DNA of 64,000 nucleotides. Origin: Microscilla marina ATCC 23134 (GTDB lineage Bacteria; Bacteroidota; Bacteroidia; Cytophagales; Microscillaceae). Each line of letters begins with the position of its first letter. The first letter of the stretch is position 1. A program made the position numbers and the translations under genes. Under the pieces are notes generated by a model. The model saw only the letters and a list, made by a program, of their open reading frames with translations. It was not told the DNA's origin and did not search any database. This document shows positions 50,701-59,792 of this stretch, piece by piece. Location: assembly GCF_000169175.1 (NCBI RefSeq), contig NZ_AAWS01000006.1:135192-199191 (forward strand), written 5' to 3'.

Positions 50701-51787
50701 TTTCATAATGAAGCCAGTTTTTATAAAAAAATCCTTGGGAAGTACCTGTCAATAGCTTGTTTTGATGCACATAAGTGTAATAGGTAGAGCCTTCCAATCC
50801 TGACGAAGCGTCTAATACACTAAACGGTGAATTGAGTTCGATAAAAGCAATTCCTTTAGCAAGCCCTGCCCACAAATTATGGTGATGATCTATATATAAA
50901 TTATACACTGAGTTGCTTTGTAGTCCATTGCCTTTATGAATATGTTGTACTACCTGCCCAGCCTTATTTAAAATAACAATGCCTGCACTTGAAGTGCCAA
51001 AAGCATAATGGTTATCATCTATTTGAGTGGAACAGTACAGCTCTTTGTCCAATAAGAATTGTTTGATATGAGGAGCAAAAGGGGTAAGGGTATCCCCATT
51101 GTAAATATATAATTGTGTGAATATGTTGAGCAAACTTTTGTTTTTACCAAACGGAAATCCTTCCATTGGTATTTTTTTGTTAAACTGAGGCACTTTCACT
51201 AGCTTACCCTGCACCAGTTTGAATGTACCTACTTTAAAGTCTCTAAAGTGTGCTTGGTTGTTGATCAGGCAAAGTGTAGTAAATCTCTTTTTAGGGCGAA
51301 TTGCTTTTAATTTTTTATCTTTCAAAACAAACAATGCTGAACGGCTACGGCATATTACTCCTTCGTTAGTTACCACCATATCCCAAATGTCTTTAAATCC
51401 GGCAACATCTTTAGGAACTTGGTTCATAAGCGAAGCTACATAGGTTTTGCCAGTAGAATCTGTGTCTACATAACCAATAAAATTTTGTGCACCTACATAC
51501 ATTATCCCATCTTGCCCCATCTTCACGCTTCTTGTGGTTGATTTATTAGGTATTTCCAGCAAACGCCACTTTACCCCATCAAACTCTAGCAAGCCTGAAG
51601 AGTTGCCTACATAAATAATTCCTCGTTTATCTTGACCGATATACCAGTTCTGGTCGTGGGCGTGGTAATCATCTGTAGTATAATTTTTAATAAAAGGTAG
51701 TCCTTTGTTTTTGACCTGTGCCCAACAATAAGAAGATTGAATGGTTGATAGTAAACAAGCAAATAAAAAAAGGTAACGTGTAATCAT
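47777..51787 (-). CDS. Paralogous sensor protein: Reg_prop propellers, Y_Y_Y, TM, coiled coil, GAF domain, C-terminal SpoIIE/PP2C-family phosphatase
   Basis: Same architecture as the neighbouring gene plus a GAF-like segment (LSQIVETVYNNVNNLMDVAEFGIGLYDP...). Phosphatase GDFYWMSH...AAVDCTGHGVPGAFMSMI...SSDGFVDT...QRDDIVILGIQL. Confidence 0.8.
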   Translation of the reverse strand: MITRYLFLFACLLSTIQSSYCWAQVKNKGLPFIKNYTTDDYHAHDQNWYIGQDKRGIIYVGNSSGLLEFDGVKWRLLEIPNKSTTRSVKMGQDGIMYVGAQNFIGYVDTDSTGKTYVASLMNQVPKDVAGFKDIWDMVVTNEGVICRSRSALFVLKDKKLKAIRPKKRFTTLCLINNQAHFRDFKVGTFKLVQGKLVKVPQFNKKIPMEGFPFGKNKSLLNIFTQLYIYNGDTLTPFAPHIKQFLLDKELYCSTQIDDNHYAFGTSSAGIVILNKAGQVVQHIHKGNGLQSNSVYNLYIDHHHNLWAGLAKGIAFIELNSPFSVLDASSGLEGSTYYTYVHQNKLLTGTSQGFFYKNWLHYENPLKDSIRFKTIPNLVNQTWQFKTFKNQLLAAFNPGILKFNTLQKPVKVQALKKTNGNMWTIISLNKQPNLLMAGGKRGLILLEWKDKQWQVKNVIKGFSKNSRYIQEGKAGTVWVSSDQHGIYKLTLNTPLDSIVNIKFYDKTKGLPANTYNRLFKVNGENMFATENGVYLYDETQDKMVRETKLNKLIGDHKMLVYLRNDAQQGIWYVAHKEAKDKYLEVGLLQKQANGSYKKITNPFRKLRGSFIEKLAPHLNPIDDKNVLFATKEGVIHYAPQKPRIKQPFKVLLREISLTGAKDSIIFGGTFANAQGQMTSLPKQEYQYPIFKYTYNSFRFNVSSTFYADNHKNEFRYRLAGLDKEWSPWTKETYKEYTNLREGSYILHIQTRNLYQEKSPVFTYSFQILPPWHRTIWAYTGYTFVSIILIGVTIKLYTRRLEQQKDKLEKTVEARTAEIRHKNDEILLKNSELEQQKEEIQIQAENLKEANTAIEHKNSALEQQKEEIQIQAEILKTVNNELVSKSDEIEQAYQNVKLLSEIGQEITSKLSLSQIVETVYNNVNNLMDVAEFGIGLYDPKAHTITFNDYIHLGEKMPQLTVPATDENRFGVLCVLRQKEIIVNDVYKEYHNYVESLDSYRQDELLNAFICIPLIVEQEVIGLVSVQSLQSNVYTNYHLNLLRNLAVYITIALQNTDSYTKIELQKFKIETQNQEITASIRYAQKIQAAILPSSKSFEKVFTDHFIIYEPKDIVSGDFYWMSHVKKRVIIDDIPSFEVYSFVAAVDCTGHGVPGAFMSMIGSRLLSEIVNEKKVFDPKKIISKIQEGIRKGLHQKESDNNDGMDICLCRVQYIDDSDKVELIYSNAKRPLYYTHQKKLHQIQRNRFFIGGWIPKQIAQELENHTVQLKRTDILYLSSDGFVDTPNNNRKSFGTKQFITLLEEIMHEPLNVQRTRLLKAKTEYQEEADQRDDIVILGIQL

Positions 51788-52446
51788 AATCGAATAAATG
51801 TACTTGTTGTTTTTGGGCTATAATTTATCAATTGACTGGGTGAGGATTTGCTTTGTATAACAAATGACTGTATGTAGGTCAGGGTTTTGTGTAATTGTAA
51901 TACAGTCTGTCTGGCGAATAGAATATGCCCAAATAATTCCCTGAATGCTGGTAATTTTAAAGTAGCATATAATTTAGGTTAGCAAACTTGTTTTTACACA
52001 AAAAACAAGCTAAAAAGAGCCAGTTTTTGATAAAAAATGCAAAGTACTTGTTAGTTATGTATTGAAAAATACAAGATATAATATAGGTACCCAAAAAAAC
52101 ATAAATAAGTTGTGTCAAATGTTACAGCAAATAACTAAGGTAAAGTTCCAAAAAGAAATAAGATATACTACTTTTGTGAGCAAACCAGCTACTCAAAAAT
52201 ACAGATATTTGGTAGTTGTGGAATAACCAAAAAAAATGTTTAAATTAGCCAACATAATATAGATATTTGGAACATTAACAACACCAAATCTTTATTCTTT
52301 TACTACATATGAAATGTGCTAAAATAAAGTCATCAGGTTTAGTTATATCATTATAATTAAAATGTAGAAATTATTATGGCAACATTATTTACTCAAAATA
52401 CAGAATCGATCCTATAATTTAAAAATAAATTGAAAGGAAAAATATT

Positions 52447-54003
52447 ATGGCCGTAGAAATGAAAATTCCTGATTTGGCGGAATCTATCACAGAAGTTGTT
52501 ATTTCGCAATGGTTGAAACAGGATGGAGACTACGTAGAACTTGATGAAATGATTTGTGAGGTAGAGACTGACAAAGCTGCTCAGGAACTTGCCGCCGAAT
52601 CAGCAGGAATTCTTCGTATTATGGTTCCTGAAGGCGAAACAGTGAATGTGGGTGATGTTATATGTCGTATCGAAGCAAGCGAAAATGGTTCTTCGGCTGG
52701 TTCTTCAAAAACTGCGGCTAATGCGTCTGACAATACTGCTACTAAAATTGCTACTACTACCGATGCACCCACTACCACTGGCAAAGAGGTAGAAATGCGT
52801 GTACCTGAACTGGCAGAGTCTATTACTGAGGTAATGATTGGAGCTTGGTTGAAAGAAGATGGAGATTTTGTTACTTTGGATGAGCCTATATGTGAGGTAG
52901 AAACCGACAAGGCAGCTCAAGAATTGCCCGCTGAGGCTACTGGTATATTACAAATGGTGGCAAAAGAAGGCGAAACCTTGAATGTGGGTGATTTAATTTG
53001 TACTATCAAAGTAACCGAAGCACCCGTAAGCAATGGTACTGCATCAAAACCTTCGTCAGATGCTGGTGCAAATAACATTGAAACTTCGTCGGCAGCTGGG
53101 CATCCATCACCTGCAGCAAGCAAAATACTTGCTGAAAAAGGCATTGATCCTGCTGATGTAAAAGGTACTGGTGTAGGAGGACGCATCACGAAAGAAGATG
53201 CCATGAATGCTCAAAAGAAGAAGCCTAAAGCTGAGGCTCCTGCCCAAAACAAAAAAGAAACTGCAGCACCCAAAGCTACTGTGTCCGCACCTGCACCAGG
53301 TAGCCGCAACCAAAACCGTAAGCGTATGTCACCGCTTCGTAAAACAGTTGCTCGCCGTTTGGTGTCTGTAAAGAATGAAACCGCCATGCTTACTACTTTC
53401 AATGAGGTAAACATGCAACCTATCAAAGACTTACGAGCTAAGTACAAAGAGCAGTTCAAAGAAAAGTACGGTGTAGGTTTAGGGTTTATGGGCTTTTTTG
53501 TAAAGGCTTGTTGTGCTGCATTGACAGAGATTCCAGGAGTAAATGCGATGATAGACGGCAACGAAATCGTTTATAACGAATTTTGTGATATTTCGGTGGC
53601 TGTATCAGCACCCAAGGGCTTGGTAGTACCTGTGTTACGCAACGCTGAGAGCTTGAGTTTTCAAGGCATAGAGCAAGGCATTAAAGACTTGGCACTCAAG
53701 GCTCGTGATAATAAGTTGTCTATCGAAGAGATGCAAGGAGGGACGTTTACCATTACCAATGGAGGGGTATTTGGTTCTATGTTGTCTACGCCTATTATCA
53801 ACGCACCGCAATCGGCCATCTTAGGAATGCACAATATTGTAGACCGACCAATGGCTGTAAATGGTGAAGTGAAAATATTACCGATTATGTACCTTGCCTT
53901 GTCTTACGACCACCGAATTATAGACGGACGCGAGGCCGTAACCTTTTTGGTAAGATTAAAACAATTGCTCGAAGAGCCCGAAAGATTAATGTTTGGCGTA
54001 TAA
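52447..54003 (+). CDS. sucB: Dihydrolipoyllysine-residue succinyltransferase (E2o) with two lipoyl domains
   Basis: Two lipoyl domains ([12 protein letters not shown] twice), a peripheral subunit-binding domain, catalytic [10 protein letters not shown]. Confidence 0.92.
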   Translation: MAVEMKIPDLAESITEVVISQWLKQDGDYVELDEMICEVETDKAAQELAAESAGILRIMVPEGETVNVGDVICRIEASENGSSAGSSKTAANASDNTATKIATTTDAPTTTGKEVEMRVPELAESITEVMIGAWLKEDGDFVTLDEPICEVETDKAAQELPAEATGILQMVAKEGETLNVGDLICTIKVTEAPVSNGTASKPSSDAGANNIETSSAAGHPSPAASKILAEKGIDPADVKGTGVGGRITKEDAMNAQKKKPKAEAPAQNKKETAAPKATVSAPAPGSRNQNRKRMSPLRKTVARRLVSVKNETAMLTTFNEVNMQPIKDLRAKYKEQFKEKYGVGLGFMGFFVKACCAALTEIPGVNAMIDGNEIVYNEFCDISVAVSAPKGLVVPVLRNAESLSFQGIEQGIKDLALKARDNKLSIEEMQGGTFTITNGGVFGSMLSTPIINAPQSAILGMHNIVDRPMAVNGEVKILPIMYLALSYDHRIIDGREAVTFLVRLKQLLEEPERLMFGV

Positions 54004-54025
54004 AGCACGTTTTTTAAGATATACA

Positions 54026-54066
54026 AAAGCCTGTTCAACATTTGCTGAGCAGGCTTTTGTTTTTTC
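54026..54066 (+). terminator. Hairpin plus T-run after sucB
   Basis: aaaagcctgttcaacatttgctgagcaggcttttgtttttt. Confidence 0.45.
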
Positions 54067-54170
54067 ACAACAATAAGTTGTTTATTAACGATTTTTTTGT
54101 AAAACGTAACCTTTTTGACTCTAAAAATCGTTATATTTATCAAAACATTCATAAACCAAAACCTAATATT

Positions 54171-54485
54171 ATGAGTAGCGAATCGCATAAGAATGCCCGC
54201 AAAATGATGAGTTTCAACACTTTGGCATTCATTGTTTCATCTGTTTTCTTTGTGTACTTTGTAGGTATGTTATTTTATAGCTTACTTACTGCAGGTACCA
54301 TTCTAACAGGTCCAGGTATTTTTAGTAGTGTGGCTCTTGTTGGATATGTACTTATTAGCTTGCGTCATGTACGACGTTCGTGGAAATCTTTCAGTGATCT
54401 AAACTACAAAACATCAATAACCAGTGGCATTATTGCCTGGGTTTACCCATTAGGAATGATTTTGTTAGCCTGGTTGCTTAGATAA
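54171..54485 (+). CDS. Small membrane protein (3 TM), hypothetical
   Basis: MSSESHKNARKMMSFNTLAFIVSSVFFVYFVGMLFY... Start moved to the internal ATG. Confidence 0.45.
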   Translation: MSSESHKNARKMMSFNTLAFIVSSVFFVYFVGMLFYSLLTAGTILTGPGIFSSVALVGYVLISLRHVRRSWKSFSDLNYKTSITSGIIAWVYPLGMILLAWLLR

Positions 54486-54521
54486 GCTCCGGTACTCCAA
54501 ATATAAATAAAGAGTTTAATG

Positions 54522-54555
54522 AGCCTGTAAGAACCTTTCTTACAGGCTTTTTTTA
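54522..54555. terminator. Bidirectional hairpin terminator
   Basis: agcctgtaagaacctttcttacaggcttttttt (perfect 11-bp stem). Confidence 0.55.
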
Positions 54556-54560
54556 CATAG

Positions 54561-55109
54561 CTAAGACCGGGTAAATTGGGTAATTACTTGTGTGTGTTGT
54601 GGGTATAGTTTGATAAGTTCCTCTCTCTTGGCAAGTTCAAAGTCTTCAAACTCAAATCCTGGGGCTACTGTACAGCCTATCAAGGCAAAACTATCAGGCG
54701 CAATTACTCTGATAGCAAACCACGATCCAGTAGGAATCACCGTTTGTAACAACTCACCATTGGCTATATCACTGCCAATGTGTTGGGTAGTCAGGTTGCC
54801 GTCAGCATCTATCATGTGTAGTTCTAGGGCGGTACCTGTATGAAAGTGCCATAGCTCGGTGGTGCGTAAACGGTGAAACGTTGAAAACTCTTTAGTTTCT
54901 AACAAAAAATAAATGCTGGTGACATGACAGCGCTTGCTTGGGTACCTTTCGGGAAGTGCTTCTTGTGAAAAAATTTCTTCAGAACGATAAGTTTCTTTGT
55001 AATAACCTCCTTCTGGGTGAGGAGTCATACCTAACTGGTCGATAAAGTATTGTGCGTTGTGAGGCATTGCTAATAGATTTAAGTCTATAAATACCCCAAA
55101 GTTGCTCAT
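54561..55109 (-). CDS. Cupin-fold protein (DUF985-like)
   Basis: HPEGGYYKETYRS motif typical of DUF985 cupins. Confidence 0.6.
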   Translation of the reverse strand: MSNFGVFIDLNLLAMPHNAQYFIDQLGMTPHPEGGYYKETYRSEEIFSQEALPERYPSKRCHVTSIYFLLETKEFSTFHRLRTTELWHFHTGTALELHMIDADGNLTTQHIGSDIANGELLQTVIPTGSWFAIRVIAPDSFALIGCTVAPGFEFEDFELAKREELIKLYPQHTQVITQFTRS

Positions 55110-55335
55110 CTTATGTTTGCTTTCCCAAATTTTCTGTCATAAAATTAAATGTGTGTTTCAAAGTTGGTATTTAGAATTAAAAATGATGATTTTTTTGCTT
55201 GGCGAAGTCAACCAGGCACTGCTTTATCCTTAAAAATATAAGTCTTAAGTCCTCCTCCTTTTCAGTGCACAAGCGTCAAAACCATTTGCAACTCCTTCAA
55301 TAAAAACTGGTCTTTTTCTAAAAAAAATACATACT

Positions 55336-56025
55336 ATGAAAAGGATCATTCTTTACTTTGCTGTTTTGTTATTATTGGTTGCTGGAATCTGGTTAATATA
55401 TAAAAATTATATTTTTGTTACTCCACTCATCATTCCTAAGGTAGCGATTCAACCGTTTTTGGGCATTGATGATGCTTCAGTTAAAGAAGTAAAAAAAGGC
55501 ATTGAGCGTTACTATGGTATTCAAGTAACTGTCTTGCCTTTGATAACATTACCACCACATGCCAAAAACACCCATATTCTTAAAAAGTACCACTTAAGAC
55601 TCCCTGTTCGCTATCGAGCTGATAGCCTGATTGCATACTTGAGGCGTACCAAATCCAATGATTTTGATTATATAATAGGACTTACTAATCAAGATATTTC
55701 AGTTACTAAAGACAAAAAGCCTAAGTGGTTGTATACCGATTGGGGGATTTTTGGTTTGGGCTATCTTCCTGGTTCTAGCTGTATTGTATCTACCTTTAGG
55801 TTGCATCGTTATGCTAACCTACAATTGATGCGTACTCGTTTGCGAAAAGTAGCCATTCATGAGTTAGGGCATAACTTTGGTCTTGACCATTGTCCCAGTC
55901 GTCAGTGTGTAATGCAAAGTGCTCGTGAAACAATGGTGACTATAGATACCGAACCAGAAAGCCTTTGCCATAATTGTAAAAATATAATGAAAGCTAAGTT
56001 TTTGCTGGGTTTTCCTGGTGAGTAA
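55336..56025 (+). CDS. Archaemetzincin-like zinc metalloprotease
   Basis: HELGHNFGLDHCPSRQCVMQSA...CHNCKN matches the archaemetzincin HExxHxxGxxHC...C...CxxC signature. N-terminal TM. Confidence 0.75.
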   Translation: MKRIILYFAVLLLLVAGIWLIYKNYIFVTPLIIPKVAIQPFLGIDDASVKEVKKGIERYYGIQVTVLPLITLPPHAKNTHILKKYHLRLPVRYRADSLIAYLRRTKSNDFDYIIGLTNQDISVTKDKKPKWLYTDWGIFGLGYLPGSSCIVSTFRLHRYANLQLMRTRLRKVAIHELGHNFGLDHCPSRQCVMQSARETMVTIDTEPESLCHNCKNIMKAKFLLGFPGE

Positions 56026-56130
56026 TTAGTAAGAAAGTAATGGAATGATGGATTTATAGGGGTATATCTTTGAAAGCATCCAACGAAAAGGTATTTTTAG
56101 TAACTGTTTTTCATCCAACCTTTTTTCCTT

Positions 56131-57111
56131 ATGATAGTAAAACGTGTAGCCTTACTCACTTTAGTATGCTTATGCACCACATTGGTTGATGCATATGCCC
56201 AGTTTGTTCGGGAAGACATCTTGTATATCAAACCCAATGCGCAAGATTATTTGTTGTATACTACTACCCGCTCTAACTTTGGTGCTTTTTCCAAAATATT
56301 GCCTAAGTCTACCAACATTGCAAAAAAATACCTTTACATCAACCCTGAAAAATACAGTATTGGTGAAACCTCTCGCTATAAGAAGATTATGTTTCCTACC
56401 GGAAACTTTGCCTTAATGAGCGAAGAACGTTTCACTGACAAAGAGTTGAAGGTAAATAAAGAAGGTATTTTTACCTTTAGGTTTGATTCTATACCAAGGC
56501 TAGGAGGGAGACATTATGGCTTATCTACTACTGTTAGATATTACAAACAGCTTACTTATGTGTGGGTACTACCCGAAGATTATGAGTTTGTTGATTATAG
56601 CTGCAACAAACCAGGGCAATGGGTAAAAAAAGGGAATACCTTGGCTTATTTTGGCTACAAAGTAAATGATGTATTACCTAAAATCAGGTTTCGCCCTGTG
56701 TTACAAGTTACCCTCGAAAACGTGAAATCACTCCTTTATGAAGTTAACTCTAAAGGAATGGCGGTAACCAGTAACAGCAAAGGAGTGCAAATTAATTGTC
56801 GTAGGGGAGTATTATTTACCAAGGGCACAACTGCGATTTCATCGCTAGGGCAAAATATTTTGGTAAGGTTGGCAAAAACCCTCAAAAGCTCTGTCAAAGT
56901 TCGCCTGGCAATTGCTGTTCCGGTCAGAAATGGAATAGATGCAGGGCGTTGGATGTTGGCGTCGGCAAGGGGGCGCACTATGGTAGAACAACTCATCAAC
57001 CGAGGCATTGATCCGGCACGCATTGAGGTAAATACATTTGGTGTAAAAACTAGCCAGGCAAAAAAAGGCATTGAAATTCAACTAATTAATGCTCCCAAAC
57101 GCAAGCAGTAA
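56131..57111 (+). CDS. Secreted protein with C-terminal OmpA-like peptidoglycan-binding domain
   Basis: Signal peptide. C-terminal FTKGTTAISSLGQNILVRLAKTL...ARGRTMVEQLINRGIDPARIEV resembles the OmpA/MotB domain. Confidence 0.6.
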   Translation: MIVKRVALLTLVCLCTTLVDAYAQFVREDILYIKPNAQDYLLYTTTRSNFGAFSKILPKSTNIAKKYLYINPEKYSIGETSRYKKIMFPTGNFALMSEERFTDKELKVNKEGIFTFRFDSIPRLGGRHYGLSTTVRYYKQLTYVWVLPEDYEFVDYSCNKPGQWVKKGNTLAYFGYKVNDVLPKIRFRPVLQVTLENVKSLLYEVNSKGMAVTSNSKGVQINCRRGVLFTKGTTAISSLGQNILVRLAKTLKSSVKVRLAIAVPVRNGIDAGRWMLASARGRTMVEQLINRGIDPARIEVNTFGVKTSQAKKGIEIQLINAPKRKQ

Positions 57112-57144
57112 TATAATTTGACTGTCTAAAGTACCTATAAGGCT

Positions 57145-57630
57145 TTAATGTGTTACTTTTTTTACCTCAAGTTTATCAGGGCATTGTGCCAACAATTGGG
57201 TTTGGGTAAGTTGTAATACTGGATGTACCAGCAAAGGAGCTATTTCTACCAAAGGTGTTAAAGTAAATCTGCGGAGAGCAATTTGGCTGTGTGGTACATT
57301 CAAATCCTCGCTCTCTAGCATCATTTGATCATAGTATAAAATATCAATATCAATTAGTCGTTCACCCCATTTCCTGTATTTTTGCCGCCCCATGGCTGCC
57401 TCTATGCTTTGGGTTACCCTTAGCAACTCCCTTACTTCCAGAGAAGTATTGATTGCCAATACCTGATTATAAAACACGGGTTGATCTGCTATGCCCCAAG
57501 GCATTGTTTCATAAATAGCCGAGTGTTTTTGTACCCTGCCTGCTTGGCTTGTCAGCATTTGTATGGCTGTATGTAGGTTTTGGGTTTTGTCTCCTAGGTT
57601 GGTTCCCAGCAATAAATAAGTAATAGACAT
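57145..57630 (-). CDS. folK: 2-amino-4-hydroxy-6-hydroxymethyldihydropteridine pyrophosphokinase (HPPK)
   Basis: YLLLGTNLGD...YETMPWG...WGERLIDIDILYY. Confidence 0.88.
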   Translation of the reverse strand: MSITYLLLGTNLGDKTQNLHTAIQMLTSQAGRVQKHSAIYETMPWGIADQPVFYNQVLAINTSLEVRELLRVTQSIEAAMGRQKYRKWGERLIDIDILYYDQMMLESEDLNVPHSQIALRRFTLTPLVEIAPLLVHPVLQLTQTQLLAQCPDKLEVKKVTH

Positions 57631-57712
57631 AAAACAATTAATTGTAATTTATTGGGCAAAGTTAATATTGCTATTGCTATCTTAAATTAACTCTGTTTGT
57701 TTTTTTCTATTT

Positions 57713-59524
57713 TTGTTTACAACCATTGATAGTCATCCAAATTTAAAGATTATGATTCGTAGATTTTTAGGTAATGTCTTAGCTACATTCGTTGGTATTA
57801 GTTTGTTTACCGGGCTGGTCATTTTTTTCATATTTACCCTTGTAAGTAGTAGCAGTACTATCACTACTGACCAAAAGAGTGTATTGTTGCTTAAGTTAAA
57901 TGGTAATATTACCGAACTAGACATAGATAACCCTGTACCTAGCCTTGACAATCCTTTGAATCCGGTGGTTGATGGCACAGGTTTGATGGGAATTTTGCAT
58001 AACATAGAAAAAGCTAAAAATGATCCTAACATTGCTGGCATAGTGCTGCATTTGCAAAGTATAGGGGCTGGTTTTGCTTCATTAAAAGAGTTAAGAGAGG
58101 CTTTGAATGATTTTAAGCAGAGCAAAAAGTTTGTTTGGGCTTATGGCGAATACCTCAGCGAAGGCGCTTATTACTTGACCTCTGTTGCCAATAAAATTTA
58201 CCTGAACCCTACGGGATCGCTTGAGTTCAATGGGTTGAGTGCACAACGTACATTTTACAAAGGAGCTTTTGATAAATTAGACATAAAACCAGAGATTTTC
58301 AGGGTAGGTACTTATAAAAGTGCTGTGGAGCCCTATATGACTGATAAAATGAGTGAAGCAAGCCGAAGACAAACCGAGTCTTACCTCAATAGTATTTATG
58401 ATTTATACTTAAAAGATATTGCCACTTCCCGTAAAGTATCTCTTGCTCGGCTTACTCAGGCATCAGACAGTGGCTTGGTACAAAGTCCAGCAGACGCACT
58501 TAAGTATCAATTGATTACTAAAATAGGTTATTATGACGAGCTGGAGGCAGAGGTGAAGCAGCGGCTTGACTTAAACGAAAATCAAAAAATAAAATGGGTG
58601 AGGCTGAGCAAGTACCGTGAAGTAGAAACCGAATGGGAAAAGCAGCAAAAAAAATCTAACCACCGCATTGCTGTAATTGTTGCCGATGGAGAGATTCGTT
58701 CGGGCAATGGGAGGGATGGCATTGTAGGTGCTGCCAAAATAGTAAAAGCTTTGCGGAGAGCACGAAAAAGCAAAAGTGTAAAGGCCATTGTTTTGAGAGT
58801 AAATTCACCTGGTGGTAGTGCCTTGGCTTCTGATATAATGTGGCGTGAAATTCATCTTACCCGAAAGGTAAAACCTGTAATTGCTTCTATGTCTGATGTA
58901 GCAGCTTCGGGAGGGTATTATATAGCAATGGCGTGTGACACTATAGTGGCTCAGCCTAATACTATTACGGGGTCTATTGGCATTTTTAGTATTTACTTTA
59001 ACCTTGCGGCGTTTCAAAAAAATAAGTTGGGCATTACCAATGACTATGTAAATACTGGCAAGTTTTCGGCTTTGGGTGACCCTTCTTACCCGTTTACTGA
59101 AGCCGACCGCCAGATTTTGCAACGTAGCATAGAAAGAGGTTATGAATCTTTTACTTCCAAGGCTGCCAAGGACCGTGGTATGTCGTTAGCTGAACTCAAA
59201 AGTGTTGCATCAGGTAGGGTGTGGGCAGGCAACGAAGCCAAACAAAATGGTTTAGTAGATGTTTTGGGTAGTTTTAACGATGCGTTGGCAATTGCAGCAA
59301 AAAAAGCAAAACTTAGCAAAAAAGACTATAGATTATGGTTTTTGCCTGTAGAAAAGCCTCTCATAGATAAAATTAAGGATAACTTAGGAGTATCGGTAAA
59401 AGCCCGGCAACGGATGTTAAAACAAGAGTTGGGAGAGTTATACCCTTACCTTGAAATACTCAAAAAAATCAAAGAAACCCCACAAGTTCAGGCACGTTTG
59501 CCTTATGATATTGTGATAAAATAA
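57713..59524 (+). CDS. sppA: Signal peptide peptidase SppA (protease IV, 67K type, duplicated ClpP-like domains)
   Basis: SPGGSALASD and ASGGYYIAMACD catalytic Ser/Lys contexts. N-terminal TM. The start could alternatively be the ATG at 57743. Confidence 0.88.
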   Translation: MFTTIDSHPNLKIMIRRFLGNVLATFVGISLFTGLVIFFIFTLVSSSSTITTDQKSVLLLKLNGNITELDIDNPVPSLDNPLNPVVDGTGLMGILHNIEKAKNDPNIAGIVLHLQSIGAGFASLKELREALNDFKQSKKFVWAYGEYLSEGAYYLTSVANKIYLNPTGSLEFNGLSAQRTFYKGAFDKLDIKPEIFRVGTYKSAVEPYMTDKMSEASRRQTESYLNSIYDLYLKDIATSRKVSLARLTQASDSGLVQSPADALKYQLITKIGYYDELEAEVKQRLDLNENQKIKWVRLSKYREVETEWEKQQKKSNHRIAVIVADGEIRSGNGRDGIVGAAKIVKALRRARKSKSVKAIVLRVNSPGGSALASDIMWREIHLTRKVKPVIASMSDVAASGGYYIAMACDTIVAQPNTITGSIGIFSIYFNLAAFQKNKLGITNDYVNTGKFSALGDPSYPFTEADRQILQRSIERGYESFTSKAAKDRGMSLAELKSVASGRVWAGNEAKQNGLVDVLGSFNDALAIAAKKAKLSKKDYRLWFLPVEKPLIDKIKDNLGVSVKARQRMLKQELGELYPYLEILKKIKETPQVQARLPYDIVIK

Positions 59525-59792
59525 GCAAGCAACAAGCCACCAGGTGTTTTTTGCTTGTGGCTTGTTACTTTTCTTTTAGGAATTTAGTCAGAGCTACTAA
59601 AAAATAAAGTAATTCAAAAGAAGACTGTATCTGTTTGTTCCGCTTTGCAGAACCTTTGATTGAACGATGAAAAAAAACTTTGCGTAGCCTTAGCCATGGA
59701 AGTCCCTTACAGGGTAAATTTTTGAAGAAGCACAACGCTCAGAGATGAAGTTCAATGAATTAGGTTATTTTTGTAGTTTTACTAAGCACCGT

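Noticed and set aside
52581-53561. Minus-strand ORFs overlapping sucB (52581-52910, 52705-52920, 52917-53204, 53107-53313, 53211-53561)
   Set aside because: Antisense to the Ala/Pro/Thr-rich linker regions of E2o, a classic source of spurious long antisense ORFs.
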